DNA of 64,000 nucleotides from an uncultured Nitrospiraceae bacterium (GCA_963811165.1 CAWEQH010000010.1:864001-928000), one strand, 5' to 3'; shown: positions 51,068 to 61,439, numbered from the stretch's first letter. The notes: generated by a model not told the origin, from the sequence alone. Translations and numbers: made by a program.

Positions 51068-51640
51068 ATGGCGGAAGTGATGGCAAAAGGTCCGAATTTC
51101 GTTTTTGCAAAAAAGTTTATCCTTCAAGAATACAAGGCGGACATATGGGTAAAACTTCTTGCTTCTGTTCCATCCGATGTCGCCACAATCTGGAGGGATA
51201 CACCTCTTGTTACTTCAAGCTATCCGTTCGGGGCTTTCAAATCTATGGTAACGTCACTGTCAAAGGTATCGGGAAGACAGGAAGAGGTTGAGACCGCCCG
51301 CCTCTATGAGTATATCGCAGAAAACAGTCTGAACGTTCTTTACAAGATTTTCTTTCAGCTGGCGAATCCTTCGTTTGTCATAAAAAATTATCCGATGTTA
51401 TGGAGCCGTTTCTTCGACGCAGGGAGGGTCAAAGTCCTTGTGGCCGGGAAAGGCCACGCGATAGTGAAGTTCACACTTCCCGAGATTTTTTTGGACTGGC
51501 TTTCACCGGCATGTCGCGGTTATTCAAAGAAGGCCGTAGAAATGGGCGGAGGCAAAGACCTGACGATTCATCAGGTAAGCAAGTCTTTATTGTCCGACAA
51601 CACATGGGAGATCATCTATGAGCTGAATTGGGTAGAATAA
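51068..51640 (+). CDS. ~190-aa H-NOX/V4R-like protein, paralog 4
   Basis: Highly similar to 43493-44065. Confidence 0.75.
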   Translation: MAEVMAKGPNFVFAKKFILQEYKADIWVKLLASVPSDVATIWRDTPLVTSSYPFGAFKSMVTSLSKVSGRQEEVETARLYEYIAENSLNVLYKIFFQLANPSFVIKNYPMLWSRFFDAGRVKVLVAGKGHAIVKFTLPEIFLDWLSPACRGYSKKAVEMGGGKDLTIHQVSKSLLSDNTWEIIYELNWVE

Positions 51641-51739
51641 TTCCAGATACCGATGACGCAGGGTTTCGTAAAAAAGCATTAATTAGAGTCGGAAAGTTGT
51701 GAGAGAGAAGCAGAATGGACATGCGCGACGGGACGATTT

Positions 51740-52126
51740 ATGACAGAACGTAATTTCAGGTTTATATTAGGGTTTTCCCTGATGGTATTTCTTTTTTTTG
51801 AGCTTCATGCGCTCATATACGCGTATATAGGACTGCTGATCTTTGAGGGTACCACCAATTTGCGTATCCCCATTTTGGTCTCACGTCTGAGATTCGGGAA
51901 GGACCGGCCTGACACTGAAGAAGAAACTTCCCGCGCATACAAACTAAATTTCGAGGCTGAACGGGGTTTCCGTTTTGTCATTGCAGGCACATTGATAATC
52001 ACTTCTGTGGTTTTTCATGAAGCCGCATGGTTTGTGCCGTGGCTGGTGGGGTTCGGACTTACAATGGCCGGGATTACAGGTATCTGTCCGGTCGCGATTT
52101 CCTTGCGCTGGGTTGGTTTCAGATAG
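51740..52126 (+). CDS. Small membrane protein, YgaP/DUF2892-like
   Basis: Internal two-fold repeat ER.FRF..G; C-terminal AGITGICP. Confidence 0.7.
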   Translation: MTERNFRFILGFSLMVFLFFELHALIYAYIGLLIFEGTTNLRIPILVSRLRFGKDRPDTEEETSRAYKLNFEAERGFRFVIAGTLIITSVVFHEAAWFVPWLVGFGLTMAGITGICPVAISLRWVGFR

Positions 52127-53751
52127 TGAAAAAAATAGCTGGCGTATCCGACGACTGGATAGAGAACTGGCAGGCCAGCATCGCAGTGAAGATCACCGCC
52201 GCAGTTTTATATGCCATTGTAACAGTCGGGGTCGCGATCACAGTAATTTCCCTGCATAACGTTAAAAAGAATCTTCAGGAAAACTATTCCGCAAACGCCG
52301 ACCGTATCGCCTATCAACTGGGAGGCTTAGTAGATTACAACCCCGGACTCTCACCGGGTGAGATTGAAAACAAGGCGCAGCAGCTTATGGCGGACTTTGA
52401 CCTGCAATCCATAGATATCACAATCGGGAGCAGGACGATCTCACTTGGCCGACGGGTTACGGATTCCTATGTTCTGGACAGAGCAGTAAACACATCTCCC
52501 AGCCATTCCCAGGACCGGATAATTCGCCTTAAAATCTGTTATCCCCCGCTTGTCAAAACCGTCACCCATCTCAGACACAGATGGTTTGCCATTACAGGAC
52601 TTGTCACTCTGGTTTCCGGGTTCTTACTTGTCTGGGTCATCAGGATATTCATTACCCGGCCCTTCACAACGTTGATTAACGCGACAAAAGCTGTTTCCGC
52701 GGGGAATATTGATGCGAGAATAGCGGTCAACAGAAAAGACGAATTCGGCTATCTTTCCATGTTCTTTAATCAAATGATGGACAAAATTCTCAGCGAACTT
52801 ACCGTGCGCAAACAGGCAGAGGAGTCTTTAAAGGAGAGAGAAGAACGTCTGATGACCGTGATGGATTCCGTACTGACAGGCATTATAATTATAGACGCGG
52901 AAACATTCAGGATTGATTATGTAAATCCGGCGGCGGTGGAAATGATAGGGACGCCGAAGGAGGAGATTATCGGGAAGTCATGCCGTGACTATATTTGCAT
53001 TAGCGACGGGGATTGCCCGATGGCCGATTACGGTAAGACCCTTGACCGGATGGACAGCGTTTTGAGGAAACCCGGAGGGCAGAGACTTCCGATACTTAAA
53101 AGTGTCACAACGGCAACGCTCAACGGAAGGTCACATATTATTGAAAGCATGATCGATATTACCGAACGCAAACGTGCAGAGGAGCAGATCACACATATGG
53201 CTTACTACGATCATCTCACGCAGCTGCCTAACCGCTTATTGTTCAAAGACCGTTTATATCAGGCAATCTCTCATGCTAAACGTAACGAGGGGAAAACAGC
53301 TGTTCTGTTTCTTGATCTGGATAATTTCAAACGGATAAATGATTCTCTCGGGCATAGGATTGGAGACCTGCTTTTGACTGAAGTTGCCGGGAGACTTGCT
53401 GCATGCACCCGGAAGACGGATACTATAACCCGTAATGTGGCTGGACCCTTTGGCATTACCGTAGCTCGGCTGGGAGGTGACGAATTCACTATCCTCCTTT
53501 CAGAGATAAAAGACCCTGCATCGGATATCAGGAAGTTTGTGCATCGTACTCGTAGAATGCTTGCTAGACCCTTTATGCTTGAGGGCCATAAGATTTTTAT
53601 AACCGTAAGCATAGGTATTTCTGTATATCCATACGACGGCGAGGACATTGAGAGCCTGATTAAGAACGCTGACATCGCCATGTATCATGCCAAAGAACGA
53701 GGCAAGAACAACTTCCATTTATATGGACAACATATGAATTCAGCCTCTTGA
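52126..53751 (+). CDS. Membrane diguanylate cyclase (TM-HAMP-PAS-GGDEF); probably truncated before an EAL domain
   Basis: GTG start overlaps the upstream TAG; RKDEFGYL HAMP, PAS, YDHLTQLPNR, RLGGDEF; ends right after GKNNFHLY..M. Confidence 0.85.
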   Translation: MKKIAGVSDDWIENWQASIAVKITAAVLYAIVTVGVAITVISLHNVKKNLQENYSANADRIAYQLGGLVDYNPGLSPGEIENKAQQLMADFDLQSIDITIGSRTISLGRRVTDSYVLDRAVNTSPSHSQDRIIRLKICYPPLVKTVTHLRHRWFAITGLVTLVSGFLLVWVIRIFITRPFTTLINATKAVSAGNIDARIAVNRKDEFGYLSMFFNQMMDKILSELTVRKQAEESLKEREERLMTVMDSVLTGIIIIDAETFRIDYVNPAAVEMIGTPKEEIIGKSCRDYICISDGDCPMADYGKTLDRMDSVLRKPGGQRLPILKSVTTATLNGRSHIIESMIDITERKRAEEQITHMAYYDHLTQLPNRLLFKDRLYQAISHAKRNEGKTAVLFLDLDNFKRINDSLGHRIGDLLLTEVAGRLAACTRKTDTITRNVAGPFGITVARLGGDEFTILLSEIKDPASDIRKFVHRTRRMLARPFMLEGHKIFITVSIGISVYPYDGEDIESLIKNADIAMYHAKERGKNNFHLYGQHMNSAS

Positions 53752-53772
53752 AAAGCTGAAAATAGAGACAGT

Positions 53773-54009
53773 TTGCGGCAGCAACAACAGAGACAGGAGC
53801 TAAGACATCAAAGGCAAGAGCAATATCAAAAGAGGCCTGAGGTTCAGCAACATCCTCAGCGGAGACAAGGGCAAAAAAGACAATACCAACAAAAACAACC
53901 CCGGGTTCGGCAACCTCTGAGACAAGAGCAAAAACCTCACGCACAGCAACTACAACACTCTCAGCCTCAAGGAAAACCTGAACGAGGAGATGAAGAACAT
54001 AGAAAGTAG
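53773..54009 (+). pseudogene. Gln/Arg-rich low-complexity 3' gene remnant
   Basis: QQQQRQELRHQRQEQYQKRPEVQQ..; no convincing start or RBS; abuts the truncated DGC. Confidence 0.4.
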
Positions 54010-54276
54010 GAGGACAAGAAGTTAAGAAATGTTGCCAGTTTAGCCCGGACCGTTTCAGAACCTTAATCTCGCCCGCGGGCAGCAGCATTTCTTCCGGTTC
54101 GTAAAGAGATTAAATCCTTTCATCTCCTTTCCCTCATTCTCTTCGAAGCCGGCACTTACCTCCATTTTTATAGAGCTTCAGCTCTTCATCCTTATTAATG
54201 ATGTGGTCTCCCAGTAGGTATAGACCACTTTGACGCGATAAAGGTCACATTTCGAAAAGTCCCCATCTTCCGTACC

Positions 54277-54312
54277 AGGGCATATCACCCAAACGAGGGT
54301 AATTTTAGTCAC
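54277..54312. promoter_or_regulatory. Enhancer-like double-box motif, copy 6 (degenerate), next to the NtrC copy 2 promoter
   Basis: AGGGCATATCACCC-AAACGA-GGGTAATTTTAGTCAC; TTGATT -35-like box at 54319. Confidence 0.6.
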
Positions 54313-54432
54313 CAGATATTGATTAATCAAATATTATAGTGTTAGGATATTTCGTCGCTGATATGCCGAAAACGAAGGGAAAAAATGGCTATGTCCGGCG
54401 GAATAAACATGAGACCTGGGGGAAAGGATAAT

Positions 54433-55818
54433 GTGAACCTGAAGAGGTCCATGCAGTCCCGCTACGCCACAATCCACAAAAAAAGTTTGATCGTCGACGA
54501 TGAGGCTATGATCAGACTGTTGCTGAAAAAGGTCTTCGAGAAAGAAGGGTTTTCCGTCGTTACGGCAAGTTCCGGCGCCTCCGCATTAAAAATCTTGGAA
54601 GAAGAGACCCCGGGAATAGTTGTACTGGATGTCAGGTTACCCGATTCCAACGGAATCGACCTCCTAAGGACCATTAAAGAAGTAAATCCCGAAACCATTG
54701 TCATCATGATCACAGGGTATGCCGACATAAAAAGCTCTGTCGAAGCTATGAAGATGGGGGCCTATGATTTTCTTGAAAAACCTCTGGATCTTGAGAATAT
54801 CGGCAACATGCTCTCGGCCCTCAAAAAAGAAAAACCACAGAAAGATAAGAACAGCAGTATGGGTGATTTTGTTTACGCGGGCGACACGATGAAAGAGGTC
54901 GTCAGGATTGTGGACAGTCTGGCGACAAAGTCCGACGTGACAGTCCTTGTGCTTGGGGAAAGCGGTACGGGGAAGAATCTCCTCTGCAGGAGGATCCACG
55001 AGATGAGTTCCCGTAGGAATATGCCGTTTGTAGAGATCGGCTGTTCGAACATCCCGGACCATCTTATGGAAAGCGAACTCTTCGGCTATAAGAAGGGGGC
55101 ATTCACTGATGCAAAGGAAACAAAAAAAGGGCTTTTTGAACTAGCCCTCGGCGGCACGGTGCTGCTTGATGAAATCGGCGACATGCCTTATCAGATGCAG
55201 TCGAAGATCCTCACTCTGATCGAAGAAAAAAGGTTCCGGAGAATAGGAGGACTCGATTACATGCATGCCGACGTGAGGATACTGGCCGCGACAAACAGGG
55301 ATCTTCAGGACCTTGTGCATGCCAAGAAATTCAGACTGGACCTTTTTTACCGGCTCAATGTCGCAACGATCGAGATACCCCCGCTAAGGGAGCGGGAAAA
55401 AGATATCCCTTTTCTCCTTCAATATTACCTTGATAAGAGCTACGAAAAATATGGGCTAAAGCCGAAGGGCTTGTCCGCGAAGGCCATGACGAGTTTACAG
55501 GAATACGAATGGCCCGGCAATGTGAGGGAGCTGAAGAATTTGATCGAGCGGGTGGTCATCTTATCAAAGGGAGACGAGATCACGGTCAACGATGTCCAAC
55601 CTTGTCTTTTTCCTGGAAAAAGGGGAACGGCACAACCCCAGATGGGGACGACCCTCAAGGCCATGGAAGAAGACTTGATCAAGGCGGCCTTTGAGCTGAC
55701 ACATGGCAACCAGAGGAAAACGGCGAACCTGCTCGACATCAGCAGGGACACCCTCCGGTACCGCCTCAAAAAAATGGGGCTGACTCAGCCGCGGGAAAAA
55801 AAAGCCCCGCACGAATGA
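54433..55818 (+). CDS. NtrC-family sigma54-dependent response regulator (copy 2)
   Basis: Close paralog of 48089-49495 (GAFTDA; near-identical HTH LLDISRDTLRYRLKK); GTG 54433 is the homologous start. Confidence 0.94.
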   Translation: MNLKRSMQSRYATIHKKSLIVDDEAMIRLLLKKVFEKEGFSVVTASSGASALKILEEETPGIVVLDVRLPDSNGIDLLRTIKEVNPETIVIMITGYADIKSSVEAMKMGAYDFLEKPLDLENIGNMLSALKKEKPQKDKNSSMGDFVYAGDTMKEVVRIVDSLATKSDVTVLVLGESGTGKNLLCRRIHEMSSRRNMPFVEIGCSNIPDHLMESELFGYKKGAFTDAKETKKGLFELALGGTVLLDEIGDMPYQMQSKILTLIEEKRFRRIGGLDYMHADVRILAATNRDLQDLVHAKKFRLDLFYRLNVATIEIPPLREREKDIPFLLQYYLDKSYEKYGLKPKGLSAKAMTSLQEYEWPGNVRELKNLIERVVILSKGDEITVNDVQPCLFPGKRGTAQPQMGTTLKAMEEDLIKAAFELTHGNQRKTANLLDISRDTLRYRLKKMGLTQPREKKAPHE

Positions 55819-55913
55819 GGCCGCGATGAAGCTGCAGGCCTTGATTTTCCTCATTCGCGGTTACACCGATGACATCTCAATTCGGCGGGCGGTATTTGGC
55901 GGGAAAATATGTG

Positions 55914-56168
55914 TTAAGTCCGGGCCTTCTTCGGTTTCAATGCATGGCACCTGAGACATTCGAATTTCGGCGGATGGGTCTTCTTTAACTCATTTTTCTT
56001 GCCCGGTCCATGACACTCCATGCAGGAAGAATTATCCCCTGCCGATTTATGCAAATCATCATCCGGGATGGGAGGATACGTCTTGCCGGGGAAAAGCAGC
56101 AGAAGTCCGACCACAATGGCAACGAAGACAATAAACCCTAATATGCCCTTCATAGCACATTTTACCAT
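55914..56168 (-). CDS. Small membrane-anchored diheme cytochrome c
   Basis: N-terminal TM; CMECH and CLRCH. Confidence 0.8.
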   Translation of the reverse strand: MVKCAMKGILGFIVFVAIVVGLLLLFPGKTYPPIPDDDLHKSAGDNSSCMECHGPGKKNELKKTHPPKFECLRCHALKPKKART

Positions 56169-56321
56169 TGGCTCTTTTAATTCCCAAACTTTTGCTATTG
56201 GGTCAGTCTCATGGCTGACACACTATCCTTACTAAATAAATCCAGCCGTTTATCACTTGTCTTTTATCGTCTCCTGTCTTACACTGAGAGAATAGTTCAT
56301 AGGTAACTCATCCGGAGTCAT

Positions 56322-56648
56322 ATGAAAAAGAAAAACAAAGGCCCTTTCGTCCCCGAGGAGAGGCATGAGACCGTCCGCCGGCAGATAATGTCAATCCTTA
56401 AGGAGGGGACTTTTTCTGCAAAAGATATTTCCGCCGAGGTGAGGATCCCGGAAAAAGAGGTTTACGGCCATCTCGAACATATCAGAAAGACGACGGACAA
56501 AAAAGAACGTCATATGACGATCACCCCTGCCGAGTGCGTCAAATGCGGCTTCGTCTTCGGTAAGAGAGAGAGGCTAAAGAAACCGGGAAAGTGTCCGGTC
56601 TGCAAAGGGGAACTGATCCGGGAACCGTTTTTTTCGATCAGAGACTAA
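56322..56648 (+). CDS. HTH + Zn-ribbon transcriptional regulator (COG3357-like)
   Basis: SAKDIS..EKEVYGHLEHI; PAECVKCGFVF..KPGKCPVCK. Confidence 0.82.
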   Translation: MKKKNKGPFVPEERHETVRRQIMSILKEGTFSAKDISAEVRIPEKEVYGHLEHIRKTTDKKERHMTITPAECVKCGFVFGKRERLKKPGKCPVCKGELIREPFFSIRD

Positions 56649-58582
56649 GTTTTCTTTTCGACAATTGGACCTGCTGCGGCCTTCTCCTTCGACCCCTTTA
56701 TGATTTTTTCGATCTCTTCCTTGTCGAGCATCTCTTCCCTGATGAGGGCCTCCGCCAGACTATCGAGGACATGCCTGTTACGAACAAGTATATCTTTAGA
56801 CTTCTCCTCAGCTTCAATAATAAACCTTTGAATCTCCTTGTCCATGAGCCAGGCCATTTCCTCGCTGTAGCGCTTCGGCATCGAGAGTTCACGCCCCAGA
56901 AAAGGATGTTCCTCCCCCCTTCCGAGATTCACGGGGCCGACCTTATCGCTCATCCCCCATTGGGCGACCATCTTTTCTGCCAGGGTAGTCGCTTCTTTCA
57001 GATCGCTCTGGGCGCCGCTGCTGACGTCGTTGAAGACAAGTTTTTCCGCATTCCTCCCCCCAAGGGCCACGCACAACCTGTTCATAAGATACGCCTTCGG
57101 ATAATAATGTCTATCTTCCTCAGGAAGGAGTTGTGTCACCCCCATCGCCACCCCCCTGGGGATGATACTAACTTTGTAGATGGGATCCGTGCCCGGCAGT
57201 TCCCATGCAACCAGGGTGTGGCCCGCCTCGTGATAGGCAGTTATCTTTTTTTCCGTGTCACTGATAGTCTCTTCCCTTTTGGACCCCATCAAGATGATGT
57301 CCATTGCCTCCTCAAAGTCGCTCATGTCGAGCGTGTCCTTATTTTTTCTCAGGGCGACAAGGGCGGCCTCGTTCGTAAGATTTTCGAGGTCCGCGCCGGT
57401 CATACCCGGCGTCCCCTTCGCTATGGTTTCGAGATCGACATTATCGGCAAGGGCCTTCCCCCTCACATGCACCTGGAGTATCGCCTTCCGCTCCTTCCAA
57501 CCGGGTCTGTCGATAACGATATGCCTGTCGAAACGCCCCGGCCGCAGAAGTGCCGGATCAAGAACGTCCGGCCTGTTGGTGGCGGCCATGACGATAACCT
57601 CGTCATGGGGGTCAAAACCGTCCATCTCGCTTAGGAGCTGATTCAAGGTCTGTTCCCTTTCATCGTGACCGCCGCCGAGCCCTGTGCCGCGCGTACGACC
57701 TACGGCATCGATCTCGTCTATAAAGATAATGCTCGGATGGGACGCCTTCGCCTTCTGGAACATGTCTCTCACGCGGGACGCCCCGACCCCTACAAACATT
57801 TCTATAAACTCCGAGGCGCTTATGCTGTAAAAAGGCACCCCTGCCTCACCTGCCGTGGCGCGGGCAAGAAGCGTCTTCCCTGTCCCCGGAGGTCCGATCA
57901 AGAGAACTCCTTTAGGTACTTTTGCTCCGATCTTCAAGTACCGGGAAGGGTCCTTCAGAAACTCGATCGTCTCCCTGAGTTCCTGCTTTACGTTTTCCAT
58001 ACCCGCGACGTCCTTGAAAGTCACCCCCGGCTTTTTCACATCAAACAACTTTGCCTTGCTCGCACCGAAGGTAAAGAGCCCACCCGGTCCGCCCTGTATC
58101 TGCTGTTGGGCGCGTCGCATAATCAGCATCCATACCCCGATAATCACTACCCAGGGAAGAAGCCCGATAATGAATTGCCAGAAGAGCGATTTTTCCCCCG
58201 CCGGTTCGACATTGATGACCACGTTCTTTTTTTCGAGTTCTGAGAGCAGGCCTTCGCCCTGAAAAGAAGGCAGGTTGGTCTGAAAATCCTTCACCGCCAG
58301 CGGTTTTTTCGCTCCGGGGAGGATGATATTCACTTCCTTGATGAACTCGCCGTTTACCTGCAGCTTCCTTATTGAAACGGATTTAATGTTGCCTGCGTTG
58401 AGTTGTTCGAAGAACTGACTGTAGCTTACCTCATACCGCTCCGGCCCCGTCGGTGTAAAATACTGAGTCCAGACAAATAGAATAATAAAGACGAGAATGG
58501 CAACAATGCTTGTCCTCCATTGGGGGCTTCTCAGCTTGTCGGCAACGTCCTCTTTTTTTGCAGGCCCTTCGTTTTCATCCAT
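56645..58582 (-). CDS. ftsH: ATP-dependent zinc metalloprotease FtsH
   Basis: Two TMs, [32 protein letters not shown]. Confidence 0.97.
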   Translation of the reverse strand: MDENEGPAKKEDVADKLRSPQWRTSIVAILVFIILFVWTQYFTPTGPERYEVSYSQFFEQLNAGNIKSVSIRKLQVNGEFIKEVNIILPGAKKPLAVKDFQTNLPSFQGEGLLSELEKKNVVINVEPAGEKSLFWQFIIGLLPWVVIIGVWMLIMRRAQQQIQGGPGGLFTFGASKAKLFDVKKPGVTFKDVAGMENVKQELRETIEFLKDPSRYLKIGAKVPKGVLLIGPPGTGKTLLARATAGEAGVPFYSISASEFIEMFVGVGASRVRDMFQKAKASHPSIIFIDEIDAVGRTRGTGLGGGHDEREQTLNQLLSEMDGFDPHDEVIVMAATNRPDVLDPALLRPGRFDRHIVIDRPGWKERKAILQVHVRGKALADNVDLETIAKGTPGMTGADLENLTNEAALVALRKNKDTLDMSDFEEAMDIILMGSKREETISDTEKKITAYHEAGHTLVAWELPGTDPIYKVSIIPRGVAMGVTQLLPEEDRHYYPKAYLMNRLCVALGGRNAEKLVFNDVSSGAQSDLKEATTLAEKMVAQWGMSDKVGPVNLGRGEEHPFLGRELSMPKRYSEEMAWLMDKEIQRFIIEAEEKSKDILVRNRHVLDSLAEALIREEMLDKEEIEKIIKGSKEKAAAGPIVEKKT

Positions 58583-58753
58583 GGATCCATTGTATCATTT
58601 TCCCCTTAGATTACAAGGGGTATTAGCCTCTGCGACCACGTTGCCTCCTGTGTTTCTTATCCTTTTTTTCCCTTTGCAAAGGACTCCCAGAAGGGATAAA
58701 ATGAGATTAGGAGGTACGAAAAATCATCTTATTTTTAAGAAAGAAGGGATGGT

Positions 58754-59203
58754 ATGAAGAACGTAATCATTGCTGCGGATCTTGGACATTTCAGGGCCTA
58801 TCGTGTAACAAAAGACAAATGGGAAAGCCCGCGTGTGGAATTGATAGAGAGTTATGACTCCACCGAGGGTCACGGGAAGTTATCCGAAAAATACAGCGAC
58901 GCCAACGGGAGATTCGGACTGATGGGGGGCAAGAACGGCTCTGCCAGCGGTAACGGCGAGTCCCATAACGTAAAGCGGGAGGCGGAAAGGAGGGTGACGA
59001 GACTACTTGCGAAAGACATCAACACCCTAATAACCAGGGAAGGCGGCGGAAGATGGTACCTTGCCGCACCTGAAGAGATAAACAGGCAGATAGTGGAAAA
59101 CCTTGACCCTTTGGTAAAGGGCAAACTCTCGAAGAATTTAAGTGAAGATCTGACAAAGACAAAAAAGTCGGAAATCCTGAGTCACTTCGAGACCGTCACC
59201 TGA
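58754..59203 (+). CDS. Host-attachment (AtsE/baeRF-like) family protein
   Basis: IIAADLGHFRAY...WYLAAP...EDLTK pattern. Confidence 0.7.
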   Translation: MKNVIIAADLGHFRAYRVTKDKWESPRVELIESYDSTEGHGKLSEKYSDANGRFGLMGGKNGSASGNGESHNVKREAERRVTRLLAKDINTLITREGGGRWYLAAPEEINRQIVENLDPLVKGKLSKNLSEDLTKTKKSEILSHFETVT

Positions 59204-59204
59204 T

Positions 59205-60302
59205 ATGGTCATAGGGGTACCAAGGGAAATAAAGAAGGAAGAATACCGGGTCGGCATCATTCCTTCAGGGGTGAAAGAACTTAAGAGCGCAGGCCACACG
59301 GTCCTTGTGGAGGAGTGCGCCGGTATAGGGAGTGGGTTTTTAGACGACGAGTACCTTGACGCCGACGCTGACATCGTAGGAAAAAAGGTCCTATTCGAAA
59401 AATCCGATCTCATCGTAAAGGTTAAGGAACCGCTGCCTGCGGAGTATGACTTTTTCCGACCGGGACAGGTTGTTTTCACATATCTGCATCTCGCACCGAA
59501 CAGGGAACTTACCAAATTCCTCTTGCAAAGGGAGATAACGGCGATCGGATACGAGACCCTCGAAAAAGACGGCCGGCTTCCCCTTCTTTCCCCCATGAGT
59601 GAAATCGCCGGACGAATGGCGCCGATCATTGGTGCTTACTATCTTCAGATGATCTATGGAGGCTCCGGCGTCCTGGCCGGCGGTGTTGCGGGGGTACGGC
59701 CCGCCAAGGCATTGATACTCGGCGGTGGAGTGGTCGGGTCTAACGCGGCGCGGGTAAGCATCGGACTGGGAATGGAAACGGTTGTAATAAACAAGGGGGT
59801 CGAGAAACTCCAGAAACTGGACGAACTGTTCATGGGCAGGGTACACACCCTGCCCTTCACCATGCACGATGTCGCCGTGGAGATCAGGGACGCCGACATA
59901 GTAATAGGCGCGGTGCTCGTGCCTGGGGGCAGAACACCGGTTCTGATTTCAAGGGAGATGCTCGGGACTATGAAAAAAGGAGCGGTAATTGTTGACGTCT
60001 CGGTGGATCAGGGCGGATGTGCCGACACCTCAAGTCCGACTACTCACGACAAGCCGATATATTCCGTCGATGGAATTATTCACTATACTGTTGCCAATAT
60101 GCCCGGTGCCTATCCGAGGACATCGACCCTTGCTCTGACGAACGCAACGCTTCCTTACATCAAGACGATCTCAAATGCAGGGATTGAAAAAGCGATAAGT
60201 GAAGACCCGGCTATAAAAAGCAGTCTAAACACCCTTCGCGGGGAAATTGTCCACCAGGGCGTGGCAGAGGCCTTCCGGACATACTCATCAGACCATAAGT
60301 GA
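59205..60302 (+). CDS. ald: Alanine dehydrogenase
   Basis: IGVPREIKKEEYRV, KVKEP, YLHLA, PMSEIAGR, GGGVVG, VDQGGC, VANMPGAYPRTST. Confidence 0.96.
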   Translation: MVIGVPREIKKEEYRVGIIPSGVKELKSAGHTVLVEECAGIGSGFLDDEYLDADADIVGKKVLFEKSDLIVKVKEPLPAEYDFFRPGQVVFTYLHLAPNRELTKFLLQREITAIGYETLEKDGRLPLLSPMSEIAGRMAPIIGAYYLQMIYGGSGVLAGGVAGVRPAKALILGGGVVGSNAARVSIGLGMETVVINKGVEKLQKLDELFMGRVHTLPFTMHDVAVEIRDADIVIGAVLVPGGRTPVLISREMLGTMKKGAVIVDVSVDQGGCADTSSPTTHDKPIYSVDGIIHYTVANMPGAYPRTSTLALTNATLPYIKTISNAGIEKAISEDPAIKSSLNTLRGEIVHQGVAEAFRTYSSDHK

Positions 60303-60305
60303 AGG

Positions 60306-61439
60306 CTACTTCTCGGTTTCGACCCGTTTCAGTTCGGCCGTGACCCTCCCGATAGAGACCTTGGTCTCAACCTTAAGGGGCAGTCGATTTTCGTCATTTG
60401 AAAGCCAGATCCTTATATCACCCTTATTTTGGAAGAGACCATCCGACTTAAGAATGGGTTTCACAATAATGGCCTCTATCTCTCCTCTTTCAGCGAATTT
60501 GACCCTTTCCCTGCCGAGCACGTTGACCTCGGCGTTCAATACCTTGTTACTGTCGAAGATATCGATAAAGACCGTCTTATCAGGGTCAAGACCCTTCGTC
60601 CTAAGATAGTAAAAACCAGAGATCACGTCCCAAAAAGTACCGCCTGCGTCGAGATGCTCCTCCTTGATCCCTTTCAGATAATCGTAGTAAGTGATCCTCT
60701 TGCCGTCGGCGTCAAATATTGTTTCCTTGTCGCTTCTGTATCTGCCCTCGTGTTGCCTTATCCTGAAGCTAAAGGGCCTTCCTTCTACGACCCTGCTTTC
60801 AGCGAAATCTTCTACCTTGTAGATTGTGGATATGACAGGCGAGGAATGGACCCGGGAGGTGATCCTGATGATACCGCCCTCATTGACCGCTTCGAGGACC
60901 GCTTTCCCCACATATATGCCGAGCCAGAATATGTCGTAAGAAAACTTCTCCCTCTTAAAATTAATTATCTTGGGAGCCTGGCTGTGTTTAGGGGATTTCA
61001 CAGTCCATTCCGGCACAATATATTTAGCGACTTTAGCGGCATCTTCTATTCCCCTCCCGTCCGTGGGGTCTTCAAGCGCGGTCGCCTTTTTTTCATCACT
61101 AGGCGGTGTAGTTTCACGGGCCCTTTTCATGTCCGCATCTGCCGCGGCCCCGTCTTGGGCTGTCGTACCTTCTTCATTTTTTCCTTCGGGTCTTACGCCC
61201 TTTTTAGCGGATATGCGGGGAGGAGAATACACCCCTGAGTACTTTTCAGCCGCGCGACTCGCATAAGGTTTCGCCCGCGACTCCTCCAAAAGATCTGCAG
61301 AGAGACTTTTTTCGGAAGAAAGTCCGGCAATACCCATCACGCCGATTCCGGGGACAGAGACGATTGCTGCGGCATGAAGTATCCCCGAAATGACAAGCGA
61401 GACCAGCAAAGGGATAGAAATATTTCTGAAAATTCTCAC
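60306..61439 (-). CDS. DUF3108-domain protein
   Basis: EKFSYDIFWLGIYVG..DVISGFYYLR..IWLSNDENRLPLK. Confidence 0.8.
   Translation of the reverse strand: MRIFRNISIPLLVSLVISGILHAAAIVSVPGIGVMGIAGLSSEKSLSADLLEESRAKPYASRAAEKYSGVYSPPRISAKKGVRPEGKNEEGTTAQDGAAADADMKRARETTPPSDEKKATALEDPTDGRGIEDAAKVAKYIVPEWTVKSPKHSQAPKIINFKREKFSYDIFWLGIYVGKAVLEAVNEGGIIRITSRVHSSPVISTIYKVEDFAESRVVEGRPFSFRIRQHEGRYRSDKETIFDADGKRITYYDYLKGIKEEHLDAGGTFWDVISGFYYLRTKGLDPDKTVFIDIFDSNKVLNAEVNVLGRERVKFAERGEIEAIIVKPILKSDGLFQNKGDIRIWLSNDENRLPLKVETKVSIGRVTAELKRVETEK

Larger units (their letters stand above)
49800..51690. repeat. Right arm of the ~1.9-kb inverted repeat
   Basis: Mirror image of 43445-45341. Confidence 0.92.

Noticed and set aside
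21675..54312. 36-bp repeats as a CRISPR array
   Set aside because: Copies are kilobases apart, in both orientations, with no spacers and no cas genes
56591..57634. Long antisense ORFs (347 aa here; also 46089-47261, 60429-61238 and others)
   Set aside because: Shadow ORFs opposite well-supported genes, with no recognisable motifs
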